A DNA stretch of 64,000 bases from Mytilus trossulus (GCF_036588685.1 NC_086375.1:15500001-15564000); one strand, 5' to 3'; shown: positions 14,150-28,421, counted from the stretch's first letter. Made by a program: numbers and translations. The notes: generated from the sequence alone by a model not told the origin.

Positions 14150-14300
14150 TGGTTATATCTGTAAACTGAATTGACCCTGGGTAAATATACCTGGTTCTAG
14201 TCAAATTTCCACTACGCCCACTTATGCAAATTAGTTGATAAGTGTCAACTGTTATAGAGGAACGTTATAAGCCCCGCCCACTTATTGAACTCAATATTGG
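14150..14300 (-). promoter_or_regulatory. FoxA proximal promoter motif cluster
   Basis: TATAA-like (14153-14157, minus), forkhead site GTAAATA (14181-14187), octamer ATGCAAAT (14224-14231), GATA TGATAA (14236-14241), Nkx-type TAAGTG/CACTTA three times, GC box GCCCCGCCCA (14271-14280), CCAAT on minus (14296-14300). These are motif matches only. Confidence 0.6.
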
Positions 14301-16690
14301 TTCTTATCACTCGAAAATGTCCATCATCTATTTTAGTGGAAAAATATTAACAATGTCTCGCGACCAATCTTTGTTCAGGTAAAGTATTTTTTTGTTTAAC
14401 CGATGCTAGAAAATAAAATTCAAAAAGTACTAAAAATCGCTTCAAATTTTTTGAATTGTATATTTTCTATGGACAAAAAATTTTAATTAAATATTTGGTT
14501 TGAGTAAGGTGAATTTACTTATTCTTTAATGAATTATTTTTATAAGTAGAATTATAGATTTTAATTGTTACAAAGTTTATTTTAATTGTTGTAAATAGTT
14601 TTTTTATAATATCATGTTAATCTATCAGTTTACTCGTCGCTTATCAATAAATTGAATGTGATTGTTAAACATTTCAAGTGCTGCACCTGGGATTATGCAG
14701 AATTTACCTTTTATGGTTCGGACACAAGGGTTTTACAACTTTAACACCTTGATAAAATATTGTATTCATCAATAAAAAATTAAATTTGATCATCAGTAAA
14801 TAATTCAACGATAAGAAAAATATAAAAAGTGAAATTTTCATGTCGTTTTCAATAAAACAATGATAAAAATATGATAAGCACAGGTAGGTTTCTTTTGGGC
14901 AATTTACGGAAAAAATATAAGATTCCGCGCAGGAGCTAGTTAATGATTTAATTAATTCATTAGTCAATTAACATGTAAAATTTCATCTCTAGGATTTTAA
15001 TACAATGTAAAAGAGTAATTTAATACAGTTTTTTTACTCAATCCAAACGATTTCCGATTAAAAATATAAATGAAGGCCGAGAGCATTATGGTACGGAAAA
15101 GGCTTTTATTCTAATCTGATCATTTATGAAATATTGTAATCAATTAGAACTTGATGAAACGGTTTCTAGGTAGCCTTGTAGATTGTCCAGGTGCTACGCT
15201 CTTATCTTGTCAGTTAAATTCAATAACATTCCAAATAAAGCAAAAATTATAGGTCTTCCATCATTTTTGATTGTCATAGTTTTCCCAGAAATATTGGTAA
15301 ATTGTCCTGGAACTAAACTGAATTTGTTTAGAGGATTTCATTGCTGAGTTTTCAGAACGAATAAATATATATAAATTGCCAACCGTAATGAAATAATAAT
15401 AAAAAAATAGTTTAAAAAAGGGTCATTAAATAAATCAATCAGCAAATATCTTATAATAATATTCCAATTCCAAGAATTATTCGGACAATCAGTATTAAAA
15501 AGGAGGTATTTTCAATTATATCTCTTTTCTTTTTTTGACACATATAATTTTGATTCTTGCTAATTTTCTCTTAGCAGAATCCAAAAAGTTACAGACATAT
15601 TTAACAAAAGAGGTATGATGTTTAATATAATAGTAGTACTTCAATAGTTTGAGGAAAATATCGGAAGTCACCAAGACATCTTTCGATATTAGACCATGAC
15701 AGCCATAGTTTATTCTAATTTCTAAATTTCTTTGAATTCATTTTCTAAATTTCTTTGCATAAGAATTGCATGCCTTTTTATAAATTCTCTAACTTTAAAC
15801 AAACAATAAATAAGAACTTAATTTGTCAACAAAGGGGCACAACAAAGTTCCCAGAACCAGTAAAAGTGCCAAATATAAACACACACCTGTGTTTCAGGTA
15901 TACACATACCAGTCCTACTTATCTTCAGAGTGCTAATTAGTCGGCATCTATAAACTAGTCAATTTCTTTATGAGGGTTGTTATAAACCCCCCTTCTTTTA
16001 TCTTTATTAATCACCACTTATGTGGTAAATTTTCTTTATTTTACAGCAGAAATTAACACACAATGCAATGTCCTAAACGATGTCCAAACACCGTAAAAAT
16101 AAACAAAAGCAGACAGCATTTGGGCAATTAGTGCAAAGCAGTATTTATTTATCCTGATAATATAACGTGCTTTTTTAACAATTATTATGCATTATTGCTT
16201 TTGCATCACTTTTATTATAACTTTTAATCAACAAAAGTACGATCTGATGATTGTGACAAATGCAATTAAGAACTTCAAAGAGGGATGCCGAAATAGGAGG
16301 AATATAGACAGGTAGATTATTGCAACTTCTTCTCGGTACCTCTCTAGAGAGTTTTAATAAATGAAATTTACTTAATATAAAATTGTCATGAAGCATATTT
16401 CTACAAGTGCCGATAAACCCTTGGGATGGAACAAATGAAACGTATGCCATCGAGCAGACGATAATGAAAAATCACGCCGTTTACCTGCGGTCCCTGACGT
16501 ACAGGTAATCTGATTGTAGGACGATGTGATTTTTACACGTCAATGAAGATTCACTGAAATGAATAAATTTCAGAATATGAATTCCTGTTATATGTTTTTT
16601 ATTGGTCCCAATCATTAATTTAGTTTGAAAAGGTTTCGTAGGCAAATAAATAAAACTTCTCTTGAAAAAAAGCATGTATGGAACATCTAT

Positions 16691-16748
16691 GAAAGAAAGA
16701 AAAGAGAAAGAGAGAGAGAGAGAGAAAGGAAAGGAGAGAGAGAAAGAG
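16691..16748. repeat. (GA)n purine tract
   Basis: GAAAGAAAGAAAAGAGAAAGAGAGAGAGAG... Confidence 0.9.
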
Positions 16749-19063
16749 TTGTTAACACCACTATAATCATTGTCAAACAGTAAGGTAAACAGTCATTCAA
16801 ACTTGGTAAACATACAGGAAAACAGTTTCTGAGGCCATCTTGTTTGTATACCTAATATTGGAAACCCTGAGTAAATAAAAACTAAAAAAAGAGATTTCTT
16901 GTCAGCTTGTTTGTTTGTGTTGTACTTCTCGTAGATATAGAGGGGTTAGCTCACAACATACATTTTAGCAAATATCTTTTTTTTTCTGTTTCCATTTTCA
17001 AATTTCATTTTCAAACAGATTCAGCTACATACGATTTATATCAGAAACAATTCCAGGAACCTTAAAGGATTAACATTACTTCATAAAAACTTTAGTAGAC
17101 ATACATTTCTTTAGCTGTCGTCCTGAATATGCATGAAATATTTGCAACTGGACGTTAAGCAAACAACAATCAATATATATATAGCTGAAACAGAATACAA
17201 AATATATAAGATCTAACAAATGAAATTCTTATTGTGATATAGTACAAAGCAACTGTGCCATCGATCATCATATGATGGCACTCATATATAATTGTTTCAA
17301 ACCCCGGTCCGCAGCTCTCCAGTAAAGAGATTTTCAAGTTATCATTCCACGTGCCATAACTAACATAAAAAGAAACAAATGAGTCCCATATTCATTATTT
17401 ATAAATAAAATTGTTAATTTGAACCTCAACCACGAGTCCGATGTCATCTACTGTTTACTTAGTCTTAGATCATCCTTCTGTGGTGGTGTCAGACACTGGT
17501 CCCCTATCCTCAGACACTTCGTTCTGAGATACAAAATCTAATTTACTGTTTACCCAAGACTTATGAAGAAAGAGTGGTATTTTGTTCGAATTTTTATACA
17601 TTCAAATTGCTAATGGATTCTTGTCAATCTCGTTAACATTATAAAAAAAAGTCTCCGATACATATGTTTGTTGGTGGAGTATGAATGACACTTTACATCA
17701 CGTCATGTGATTATGGCATACAAATTGATGTGTCCAAATACCACCCAGATATAACAATAGCAAAGCACACCTGGCCAAGGACTTTTAACAATGCCCAAAA
17801 CTTTCAGGTATTCCTTCGTTTCTACATTTCTTGTTATTTTCCATTCTTTTTTAAAATTAAGACGTATCCTTGGCAACAAATTTAGGTGAAATTACAAAAC
17901 ATAAGCACCTGGGATTGAGCAATAGTAGTCCATAGAACGTTTTAAAGGATAGGTTATGAAGGACATGCTTTTCAGTTTGTGTCAAAATACAAGTATTATT
18001 GTCAAACAGTTTAGATGGCCTAACATGGATTGAAATTTATTGCATGCATTTATTTTTTGAGAAGTCTGTTAAAACATTATAGGTAGGAAACCGTTATGAA
18101 GCTTTGGGCTTGATTTAACACCAAGGACAAAGTGTCAACACTTCACCTTACTTGTGAAACTGTTACATTTTCTGTTAAAACGGAAGAAAGCAACAATAAC
18201 AGCTAAGTGTTGTAACACGATTTGTATTGATATAATGATATATGCAACTGAAATAAACAAAAGTATGACCTAATAATAAGTACAGAGATTTTTAACATAT
18301 GAGTGTCAGTCTTAATTTGTTATGTCAAGTTGCTTTTTAAAAAGAAAGAAAATGAAAGCGATGAAAAAAGCTAGAAAAAAACCAAAAGAGAAGTTTTGTA
18401 TCAACTTATAATGTATGAAAAATGTTCCAAACTTTATGGCACCTTTGTTGTTCTGACTTTTTCTGTTGGCAAGGAGGGAAAAAAACCACAGAAAGAATAG
18501 GGAACAAAAGTCTTTAAAAGTTCAATATCCCCAACGATGAGATATATTATAAAAAAGCACAACCTTTAATATTTCTTTTTTTGTATTTCTGTTAATGATA
18601 CCTCACAGAATTATTCAATATTTTAATATTTGTGACCATGCAAGAGTACAAAATTCTGCCAATATCACCATAGATATTGACCAGTAGATTTCAACACGAT
18701 AAAATTTAATAAAAATCTCAATATGTGTTATAAAATGATAAACAATAATTAAAAGATAAAAACCTTCTTAAGAGATTAGAGCGAGATACGACATCTGTTA
18801 CTTAGAATTTAATGGTTGTTAAGTTTTAATTTTAGTAATTCATAAACATTCACTCAACATATTGCAATGGATTATGATGTTCTTAAATCATATTTCGACA
18901 GTTATTGAGTATATGATTTGATTAAGCAAACAATGTCTTGGAAAATAAAATAGTATGCTAATTTTTCACGAATGTGGGCGCCCCTTTGTTTTGTTTTTTG
19001 CATCACAATCATCATTAACATCATTGCAAAAAGGAAAATTAGGAAGTTATATCTGATCTAAAT

Positions 19064-19333
19064 NNNNNNNNNNNNNNNNNNNNNNNNNNNNNNNNNNNNN
19101 NNNNNNNNNNNNNNNNNNNNNNNNNNNNNNNNNNNNNNNNNNNNNNNNNNNNNNNNNNNNNNNNNNNNNNNNNNNNNNNNNNNNNNNNNNNNNNNNNNNN
19201 NNNNNNNNNNNNNNNNNNNNNNNNNNNNNNNNNNNNNNNNNNNNNNNNNNNNNNNNNNNNNNNNNNNNNNNNNNNNNNNNNNNNNNNNNNNNNNNNNNNN
19301 NNNNNNNNNNNNNNNNNNNNNNNNNNNNNNNNN
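19064..19333. other. Assembly gap (270 N)
   Basis: Run of n. Confidence 1.
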
Positions 19334-22300
19334 TGATAATGATTATGATATTCTTAAGCTACAAAATTGAAGAATTTATATGTGTTATCAAGTCTCTTTC
19401 CGTAATCCGAATAAATAGAATTGAACTTGTTCAAATACTAAACAGTGAAGAGTTGTAAAAAATCAGATTTCGAACATTCTTATTTACATTTCTCCCACTA
19501 TTTCAACATCGTCTGCGTTCGAATGTTTGCTGTGTATTTCATATGATTTGTTACTGCGTTCGAATGTTTACAGTGTGTTTCATATGTTTTTTTTATATTT
19601 ATTTTTCATTGTTCTTTTCATATGTTGCATCTCCAGAAATGAGCAAAGCCACGATTCAGGCCTAACCAGGGAGCAGTTATTGTTGTTATAGTTTAATACT
19701 TAAACATTATGCATGCTTGTTTAAATTTAATTGATCACAACAAAAGACAGAAAGAGAACAAAATAAACAACTATATGTGGACTGTCAATGTAAACATCCT
19801 CACTGATTTAGTTATTGAAATGTCTAAAAAAATTAAACAATAAAATCAATTTGAGGTTACAGTGTCAGCTTAACTGTACCGTGTGTACCCAATAAAGGGA
19901 ACAAAAGGGCTATTACAAGCCACTTTACTCGTCCATTTATACCGTGTTAAAATATTATAGGTACTGACACTACAGGACAATAGATTTAATACCTTAGGGT
20001 CTCAAAGTTTATCTTAGGTGGTATGAAGTAACGGATTATATATAAAAAATAAAATTAGAGAAGTTTTAGAGCACCATTGACGAATGTTGACATCTTGATC
20101 GCAAGCTGACACGTGCTAAGTGTGGACAAATCCCTTCCGCGTAGCCTTTCCATTTTAGATTTTATTTTCAAAACAGGAAATCTTTTCAAAATTTCAATTT
20201 ACTAACACTAAAGATATATATTACCATTTTGTTATTCTACCTTTCTGCAGGCACCTAAACGTTTTAACTATATATGCATTTGATGAATGTATTGCATATT
20301 TCTGTTACAAAATATATTTAATTAAAAAAATCACGCGAAATTAATCAGCTCCAATTAGTACTGCTGACAGAAACAGCTGAAATTGCGATTGTTTTTCACC
20401 CTTTCATTTCTATGTATTTACCCAATAATTCATGTTTGTTTTGTGTTGAATTAATAATTTGTTTCGAAAATTCAACGTGTTTAAATGACAATAAAGATAT
20501 TTAATATTGATTTGTTATAAATGACATACACAAATTAAAAAATAAAAGTGTAACTATATACCCTTGTCTGACAAATACTGGATCAAATTGTACAATTTAT
20601 CTTTTAAAAAACATTTGAACGCAAATATGCCAGTTATCTCTTACAAAAAACGCATGCTAAAGTTATCAAAGATGTATATATGTAAAATTTATATTAAAAC
20701 ATGATTTATTGGGCCGTAATGAAAAAAAAACACCTTTTGTCGTGGTTGTTTTTCACATCTTTTTGTGTTGTATTTTCACTGCTTTTTGCCTTTCTTATCA
20801 TTGACAATGATGGTTGCCAATCTTTCTTGTTTAGCTTTTATTTACTCCTTGATATCTCTGAATTTTCGTAAAGTCAGTAATTCATCGATGTATATTCATA
20901 TATGAACGTTGCATTTTGTTTATTGTATAAACTCTAAAAGAATATATAAGTATCTACGTATATGTAATACAACTATCAACAGTCTTTTTCAATTAATTAA
21001 AAACTTGGTAATGGTAAATTATACTATACAAATTCTTGGTAACAAGTCTGTGGAGTGAACATGGACATAATCATTGTTCAATGAACCAATTATAATATAA
21101 CATACAGGAGCAAAGCATAAAATTTAAAAAAACAGAGGTTGCAGACGACACAACATGCTTACTGACAACAATATAGGTCAATGCTGTCATAGTTTAGAAT
21201 TAGTAAATATAATACATATAAAAAAACCCAGATATTACAAAACAAATAACAGACATTTTAATCTGACACTTACTATACGTCGTACACCAAACATTGCGAA
21301 CGGTACAAGTGGATTTATACCACATATTCTTATTTTCTAAGAGACAAAAAGAACGACCAATACTGGCCCAGAAAGTCAGAATTTGTATAGGTACAACATG
21401 GTTGGAGAAAACCAGTATAAAGTGTGCGCAAACTGCCTACATTGACTATATAGAAATGTATCCAGATCATATATATGACTTCAAATTAAAAAAAGAACCA
21501 TGTACTGTCCAGCATTCATAGATCTAAATTATCAGTCTGAGATTGTGAAACATTCGATCTGCTGCTAGCCGCATCAGCGTAAACGGCTTTATGGTGGCGG
21601 TTTGAATATTTGAACATAATAACTTTGTTTTTAGCCATTGTGAAAAGTGATTAGTTAAAACGTCTTAAGTTCGACATTTTTGTACCAAATTCTTATGGTC
21701 AAAAGGCAAGATAGACTTTCATTCCGTTCAAATGTCCTTGTCATGAGGAGTACCTATACTATAGCGATCAAACCTGAAGTTACATGGTCCACTAAAGCGG
21801 GTTTGATTCTCATTATGTTTTATGTTTTATGTTTTGCATGGCACCAATTTTGGTAAGCTTTCCAGGTATTCTCCTTGTGATAATTTTTGTTTGTATCTTT
21901 TTTTTCAAAATAGATCATTAAAATAGAGACTTGAAGTATAATTTTCTCTTCACAGTAAATGAGCATTCCTCTTTCGTAATGAATTAGCAATGTAAAGAAA
22001 TCTTAAGCTTTCAATTTGGGGATAAACTAGTAATTTCTCACGGTTAGTCTGACCGTACCGCTCAAGCTGGTGATTTGAAGTGCCGCGTTCGTTAAAACAT
22101 CTTTATAATTCAAGCAGGTTTTTTCATTAGCATGGATCACATTTATAACACTTCTTAAGACATCTATTGTAAGGATATTCATCATGGTCTGTCGACAGTT
22201 GCTCGCTTTCTCTTCTCGGGTCAGACACGTTCAGGTGCAGCGTGTAAACCACTCCATCTTTTGGCAGATTTAAAACCTATTTTAAAAAGCAAATTCTCAA

Positions 22301-24989
22301 CGAAAGAATGGTTTCGATTTAATATTCCCTTTTTCCCGTTTTAACAGATGGGTTGTTGAACTTAAGTTTTCATTTGACGTTGTAAAACAAGAGCCATCAG
22401 TTCTCTAATTATTGCCGTATTTTGTTTTCTGGTCAGAAATCATTAAATAATCAGAAAAGAACATGCTAAAATAACGTTCAAATTAAATCACTTCTTTATT
22501 GTTACAACACTCTAAATAGGATTAAGATTAAATTGAGCAGAAATGATTGCTTTATTTAGCATGAAATCAAATCTGTGCGCCTCAGCGCACCAAGTGAAAA
22601 CACTACCATCTTGTGGACGTATAGCGGCTTGTTCTCGCTGTGAAATAGACGAAAACTCTTGTTAAATTAATCGGAGGGAAAAATGGGCGAGTTTTATTAA
22701 GTTTTTATTGAATATCATTTCATAAAACATGATCTTATAAGTGACTTTATACCTCAATCACATATCCCGTTATATTATAAGTTACAGTTACAAAAGTGAA
22801 TAATGAAAGGAAAGACAATAATTCAACTCCCTAAATTGAATTGCGTGTTTTTCGCTCTAAATTTCTGTCGTAATTTTATAAAGACAGAACATAATTTGAC
22901 TTTTAAGATGCAAAATTTCATGAAAAAAAAAATTGAAACAAAAAGTGCTTTATAATATTTTCCAATCCACAAAAAAATCCCAAAATATTTGGACTTTCAT
23001 TCCGTTCAAATGTCCTTGCAATCAGTAGTACAACATATAGAGATCAAAACCAAAGTCACATGGCCTAATAAAGCGGGTATTCTCATTATGATATCTTTCT
23101 CGATTCAATTTTATCTTGTCTTCTTATATATATTTTGTATTGTGAAATAAATATTGGCATTGAAATTCACTCCAATTTCAAGTTATTTAATAGTGTTGAC
23201 TATTACGACAATAAACAAGCTCGATGTTGACAATGTAATACCTTTTCATGTGCGGTCCCTTTGTCCGCCATGTTTGCTTACAAGTGGAGCAGAAAAGAAC
23301 GGTAAACACATTCTACATCAAGTCGATATACTCTCACAATTAAAGTTACCAGACTTGTCATGTAATGAGAAGACTATGTAAATAAACGTCATTATACAGA
23401 GAGAAAAAAACATGTTCTACATCCCGTAAGCGTTCTTCAAGTCGACATGATATAAACATTTGCATATCAATTTTTTCCTAACTCAGTTCAAATACACTCA
23501 ATTCTATTTGCTTGAATAGGTCAATAAGAATTATGAACATTATTTTTAATTTTGTGTACATATTAAAAATTACATTAAATAACATGATACGAAACAAGTA
23601 ACTACAATTTCATTCATATCCGTCAGTCATATTATAATAATGCGCAGCACACTTGAGTGTATAGGTAGTTAAAAATATGTGTTAGAATTATAAAAAAAAA
23701 TATTGAGGTATATTTTTGTATATATTTACCTAAAATTTGTCAAATTGTTAACGAGGGAAGATACTTAAGGTAGAATTCCAAGTTCTTTTTGTATCAAACA
23801 AAAATGATATTTGAAGATTGCGCCTTCGGTTGGCTTTAATCTTGTTGACAGCTTTAATTGCTTTATTGCTGAAATAAACGAATAATAAACAATCTGCGAC
23901 GGTGTGGAGTTTTTTCTTTGCATCACGAAATGGTTTGTGGAAAGTTTGTCAACACGAATAAATCTTTGCTGAGGAGTATCTCTATTCCTTTATGGCGACG
24001 AAGAGAATTCTTTAGATCTCATTATCTGGTGTTGTTAACAGTGTGATTGATGCTCAACTAAACTGTTTAATTAAATTTAAATATTTCTGCAGATTAAACG
24101 CCAACCAAAACAGAAATTAAAGCCAAAACGTTATTGTCTCATTATTGGAATTAATCAGGATTTTATTAAAATATAAATATCTACAAGAGTTTTTATCCTC
24201 CGCCGGCCATTCTGTTCTATATAAAACCATTTCAGCCATTTGATTAATAAGGTGTCTGCATTATAAAAATCCCCAATGTAAATATGTGAAAACTGTCCGA
24301 TAAGCGCTGCAATATGCATTACAGATCGAGGAATAATTTTTATGTTTGTTTTCTGATGAAATACTACGAGCTTTAGGAAAACAATTAGGATATAAATTCG
24401 TGACACGTGCCATGCAAAATCATGGACGTTGTGTTGTAACAGTAAATTTGTCCTATATAACAAAAAAGTTGCTTTAGGACCATGTGGCAAAATTAGGTCC
24501 AGATTGTCTAATCTTGATTTATACTATTGAAATGCATTTGCCTCCGATTTTCGAAGTCTATATAAAAAAAGGAGATATGGTAGAATTGCAAATTAGACAA
24601 GTATCAACCAAAGTTTAAATGATGTAGATTTGTATAGCAAAACGTACATCTCCATAACAACAAAATCGGTTTTCAAATAGAATGATTGTCATAAAGGACT
24701 AAACAGATTTTTATTCCAATAATCAAATAATGAAGTACATCTTCCTATTATAGCATCAAATGATATAATTGTTCTCTTTTATGTGTGTCTTTGTCATAGT
24801 CTGGTTAACTGGACTTTTGTTAGAACTCAATGGAGTGTAACAAAAGTGGTTTGTTTTTCATATAAAAAAACCCATGTATGATTGCCAATGAGACAACTGT
24901 CCACAAGAGACCAAAATGACACAGATATTAATCATGTATATATTCGATGTTGTCTAATTCTAGACGCGTCTATAGTGAAAAAATAAGTT

Positions 24990-25250
24990 TTTTTTTAGAC
25001 AAAGTAGCACTGTTCCATAATATTAAAATAGGTTTTTAGACTGAGCATCAGACGTCATAACAATTTATTTCAAGACCAAGCAGCACTTGTTCATATATGG
25101 ACAAAAATAGGGTTTTAGGCCAAACATTACTGCGACGCCAGAACAAAATAGATTTCTTAGACCAAGCAGCACTTGTCTATACGACAAATAAGAGTTTTAA
25201 GACTAAACAGTACTTGTCCATAATAAGAAAATAGGAGTTCTAGACAAGAA
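24990..25250. repeat. Degenerate tandem repeat, unit about 40-45 bp
   Basis: Recurring TTTTAGAC..AAGCAGCACTTGT...AAAATAG. Confidence 0.6.
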
Positions 25251-26896
25251 GTAAAAACAAATTGGTACTTTGAGAATAAACAGTGTTTTCCCTGGTGACT
25301 TGTACAGCCCAATAAAGATGGCTTTTGACGATCTTCAATCCAGATTGTATACATGTATTTACACTATGTTCACGATTTTATTTGAACAATTCACTTAATA
25401 GTATGACTTATTGTATAGAAAATTTATATTATATTTAAATAGACAGTTGTGAATAAAAAGGATTTAAGTTTTTTTCTCGGGTTTCTCGTTTTTCTATTCA
25501 ATACGAGCCGCCGTTTACTTCAATGGAGAACATCATTTTACAAATAATTATTTGTGTTCACGTACAAGAAAAATTTTGTAAAGATCATATGGAATACTTC
25601 AAACTCAATAATTACTTTTCTTAAATCATAAATGTATACCTATTTTAAAACGAGGCGTGGTGGTAAAAATTAAAGGTATAGGCCTGCCTTCAGGTTTGAG
25701 CTATTGAAGTTGACAAATTGAGCCTTACAATATAATTCTATCGGGCTTTGATCTCCTGCCACCGAAAAAAACTCAATGTAAAAAAAATTATGAAAAATAA
25801 GGTCAAAATCAATACAGGGCTGATATCTGTGATATAATGCACCCGAGAGGGCGGACCGCATTAAACACCTGCACGTAGAAGTACCTCGGATATTGAATAT
25901 ATCGGTTCTCTTTTCTCTGACGTTTCAATTAACCACTTCAACTGTATTTTGCTCAAATTGCAAAATTCATAATTCATTTGATCTTGTCAACTGGATTGAA
26001 AATGATTTTTTTTATTCAGGGTCTAAGCGGTATTGATAATAATTGTCCTTTAGTGACATATTAACTGTTATTTTTAATTAAGCTTTCGTTTTACCGATGT
26101 AATATTCAAAGGGTTTATTTTAGGATGGTTGAAATTGAACTGAATAATCTAGTAATTTTTTTTTGTATTGATAGTGAGAAAAAAGATGGAGTAATTGAAT
26201 ATGTCTTAAATCGAAATGCGACTATAGAAAAACTATGAATTGATAAAAAAAAAAATGAGGAAGATACCCTTGAACTTAAAAAACATTGTCGAAGAAAACC
26301 AACACAATAATGACATTGAAAACTGATGAGTGAACAACATGAACCCTACCTAAAACCGTCGGACTCGGGTCTCCTGAAGAGGTTTCAATTCCATATTCAC
26401 AAGTGACACTAAAAACAACCAGAGCCTTATCTATCGCAATAATCTTCAACAATAGACACTTTTAGACCCGTTAATCATTTAAGGGCAACACCGAATCAGA
26501 GATTTCTACACAAGATACAAAATATGAAAAAATATAAAAAAGCGTCATCAGCTATAGTACGTCACAATATACCATACTATACTCATCTAGTTTATTAGTT
26601 TTTAGTTCCCAATATTTTAAATAATATGCATACAAATTAACAAAAACAAAACCCACACCAAATCAACTGCTACACCTATACATATAGAAACAACTATTTT
26701 TGATACAGATATATGGTGCGCACTAAAAAGTAAGTATTTACTAAAAACAGTAAATGAAAAAAAAATCAGTTCATAACAAGTTCAAATAAAATTGATACAT
26801 TAACAGTTCAAATAAAATTGTTACACTAACAATACTGACAGAATCTGTACGGAACCATTACTGGTGAAATCACTACTGAAACAGTACTGAAACAGT

Positions 26897-27246
26897 GAGC
26901 CGTGGTGTAGTGGTTTGTGCATCGGACTACTAACACAAAGGTTCCTATTTCAATTCCCGTACCAGGATGAAAAATTCAGGAACTGAATTTTCGGCTCTCT
27001 CTTTGACACCATTTGCGAGTATGGTCTTGAGCAAACGATGATAGTCCGTCGGAAGGGGACGATAAATGGCTGACCGGTGTTAAGAGAGAGCCATATCTCA
27101 TGCACGTTAAAGACACCCTTGTAGATTTCGAAAAAGAGCAGGCTCATGCCGCTACAAGGCAGCATTCGGACCCGCAAAGTGGAACGGTATTAATATAAGT
27201 TGCAAACCTTGATTCCCAATCCACTATTTATAAATATGTTTATATT
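26897..27246 (+). mobile_element. tRNA-derived SINE with Deu/Nin-like central domain
   Basis: A box TGGTGTAGTGG and a degenerate B box; core CGGAAGGGGACGATAAA...TGCACGTTAAAGACACCC...TCGAAAAAGAGCAGG; 7-bp TSD AAACAGT (26890-26896, 27247-27253). Confidence 0.8.
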
Positions 27247-27400
27247 AAACAGTACTAACAAAATCAGTACTGAGACATTACCGATGCAATCCATACTGAA
27301 ACAATTCTGCAGAATCACTACGGAACTGAAAAAAATCAGAACTGTATTCATAAAATTAGTAGCTGTACAGGTATTGTATAATGATGAACTGTACTGGAAA

Positions 27401-27800
27401 GTAAAATCACAAAAATACAGAACTCCGAGGAAAATTCAAAACGGAAAGACCCAACTCAAATAGCAAAATCAAAAGCTCAAACACATCAAATGAATTGGAT
27501 AACAAGTGTAATATTCCTGACTTGGTACATACATTTTCTTATATATGAAGAAAATGATGGATTGAGCCTGGTTTTATAGTGCCAAACCTCTCACTAGTAC
27601 GACAGTTCCATCAAATTCAATTATATTGACAACGATGCGTGAACAAAACAAACAGACATAATGGGTTAAAAAAATAGGGGTACAGAAATCAATATTGTGT
27701 GATAATCTTAAAAACAATAAAAACAAACATAAACAAAGAAGCACAAAAAGGCATATATCAAATTTAACAACCTAATTCAATGCTTTCTTATTTTTGTGTT
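27401..27800 (+). mobile_element. Third interspersed family (AAAATCACAAAAATAC.GAACTCCGAGGAAAATTC start)
   Basis: Related copies at about 44742-44945(+) and 60908-61135(-). Confidence 0.7.
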
Positions 27801-27927
27801 TTATTTATGAATGTTAAATCCTCGCATAAAGTAATGAAAGATTTTAAATACTGGGACTGAACGGTTAGATTACCATTAACGCTGACGTAGTAAATCATTG
27901 TCGTGTGTTAAGTACTGAAAGTGACCT

Positions 27928-28421
27928 ATTCCCGAATATGACTGTTATACCGAGTTTTGAATAGACTGGTACCCAGTCGTTATTGAAATTATTCACAACA
28001 ACTTAATATTTGTATATTCTGGAGGCATACTGGATATTTACCGGAAGGAACCAACCTAGAAATTGCATTGCTATACGACGTGTTTCCGTATTTTGTACAT
28101 CCAACATTTATGTATTTATTTTTGATGTTTCTGTTATGGTTTCGGTTGAATATTAATGCATATCTTATCGTTTCTTGTCCAAATAATTACAAAATTACCT
28201 TTCAATACCATCATTGTCATATTCCCGAATATGACTGAATATGACTGGTATACCGTGTGTGAATTTGCATTTCTATACGACGTGTTTCGGAATTGTTTAC
28301 ATCGAAAACTCATGTATTCATTTTTGATGTTTCTGTTGTGGTTTCGGTTGGATAATTTGTTATGTCTTATCGTTTGTAGCCAAATTATTATAAAGTTTCC
28401 TTTACATAACAACATTGTCAT
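27928..28421. repeat. Diverged tandem duplication, about 200 bp
   Basis: ATTCCCGAATATGACTG, CTATACGACGTGTTTC and TTTTTGATGTTTCTGTT.TGGTTTCGGTTG each occur twice. Confidence 0.75.
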
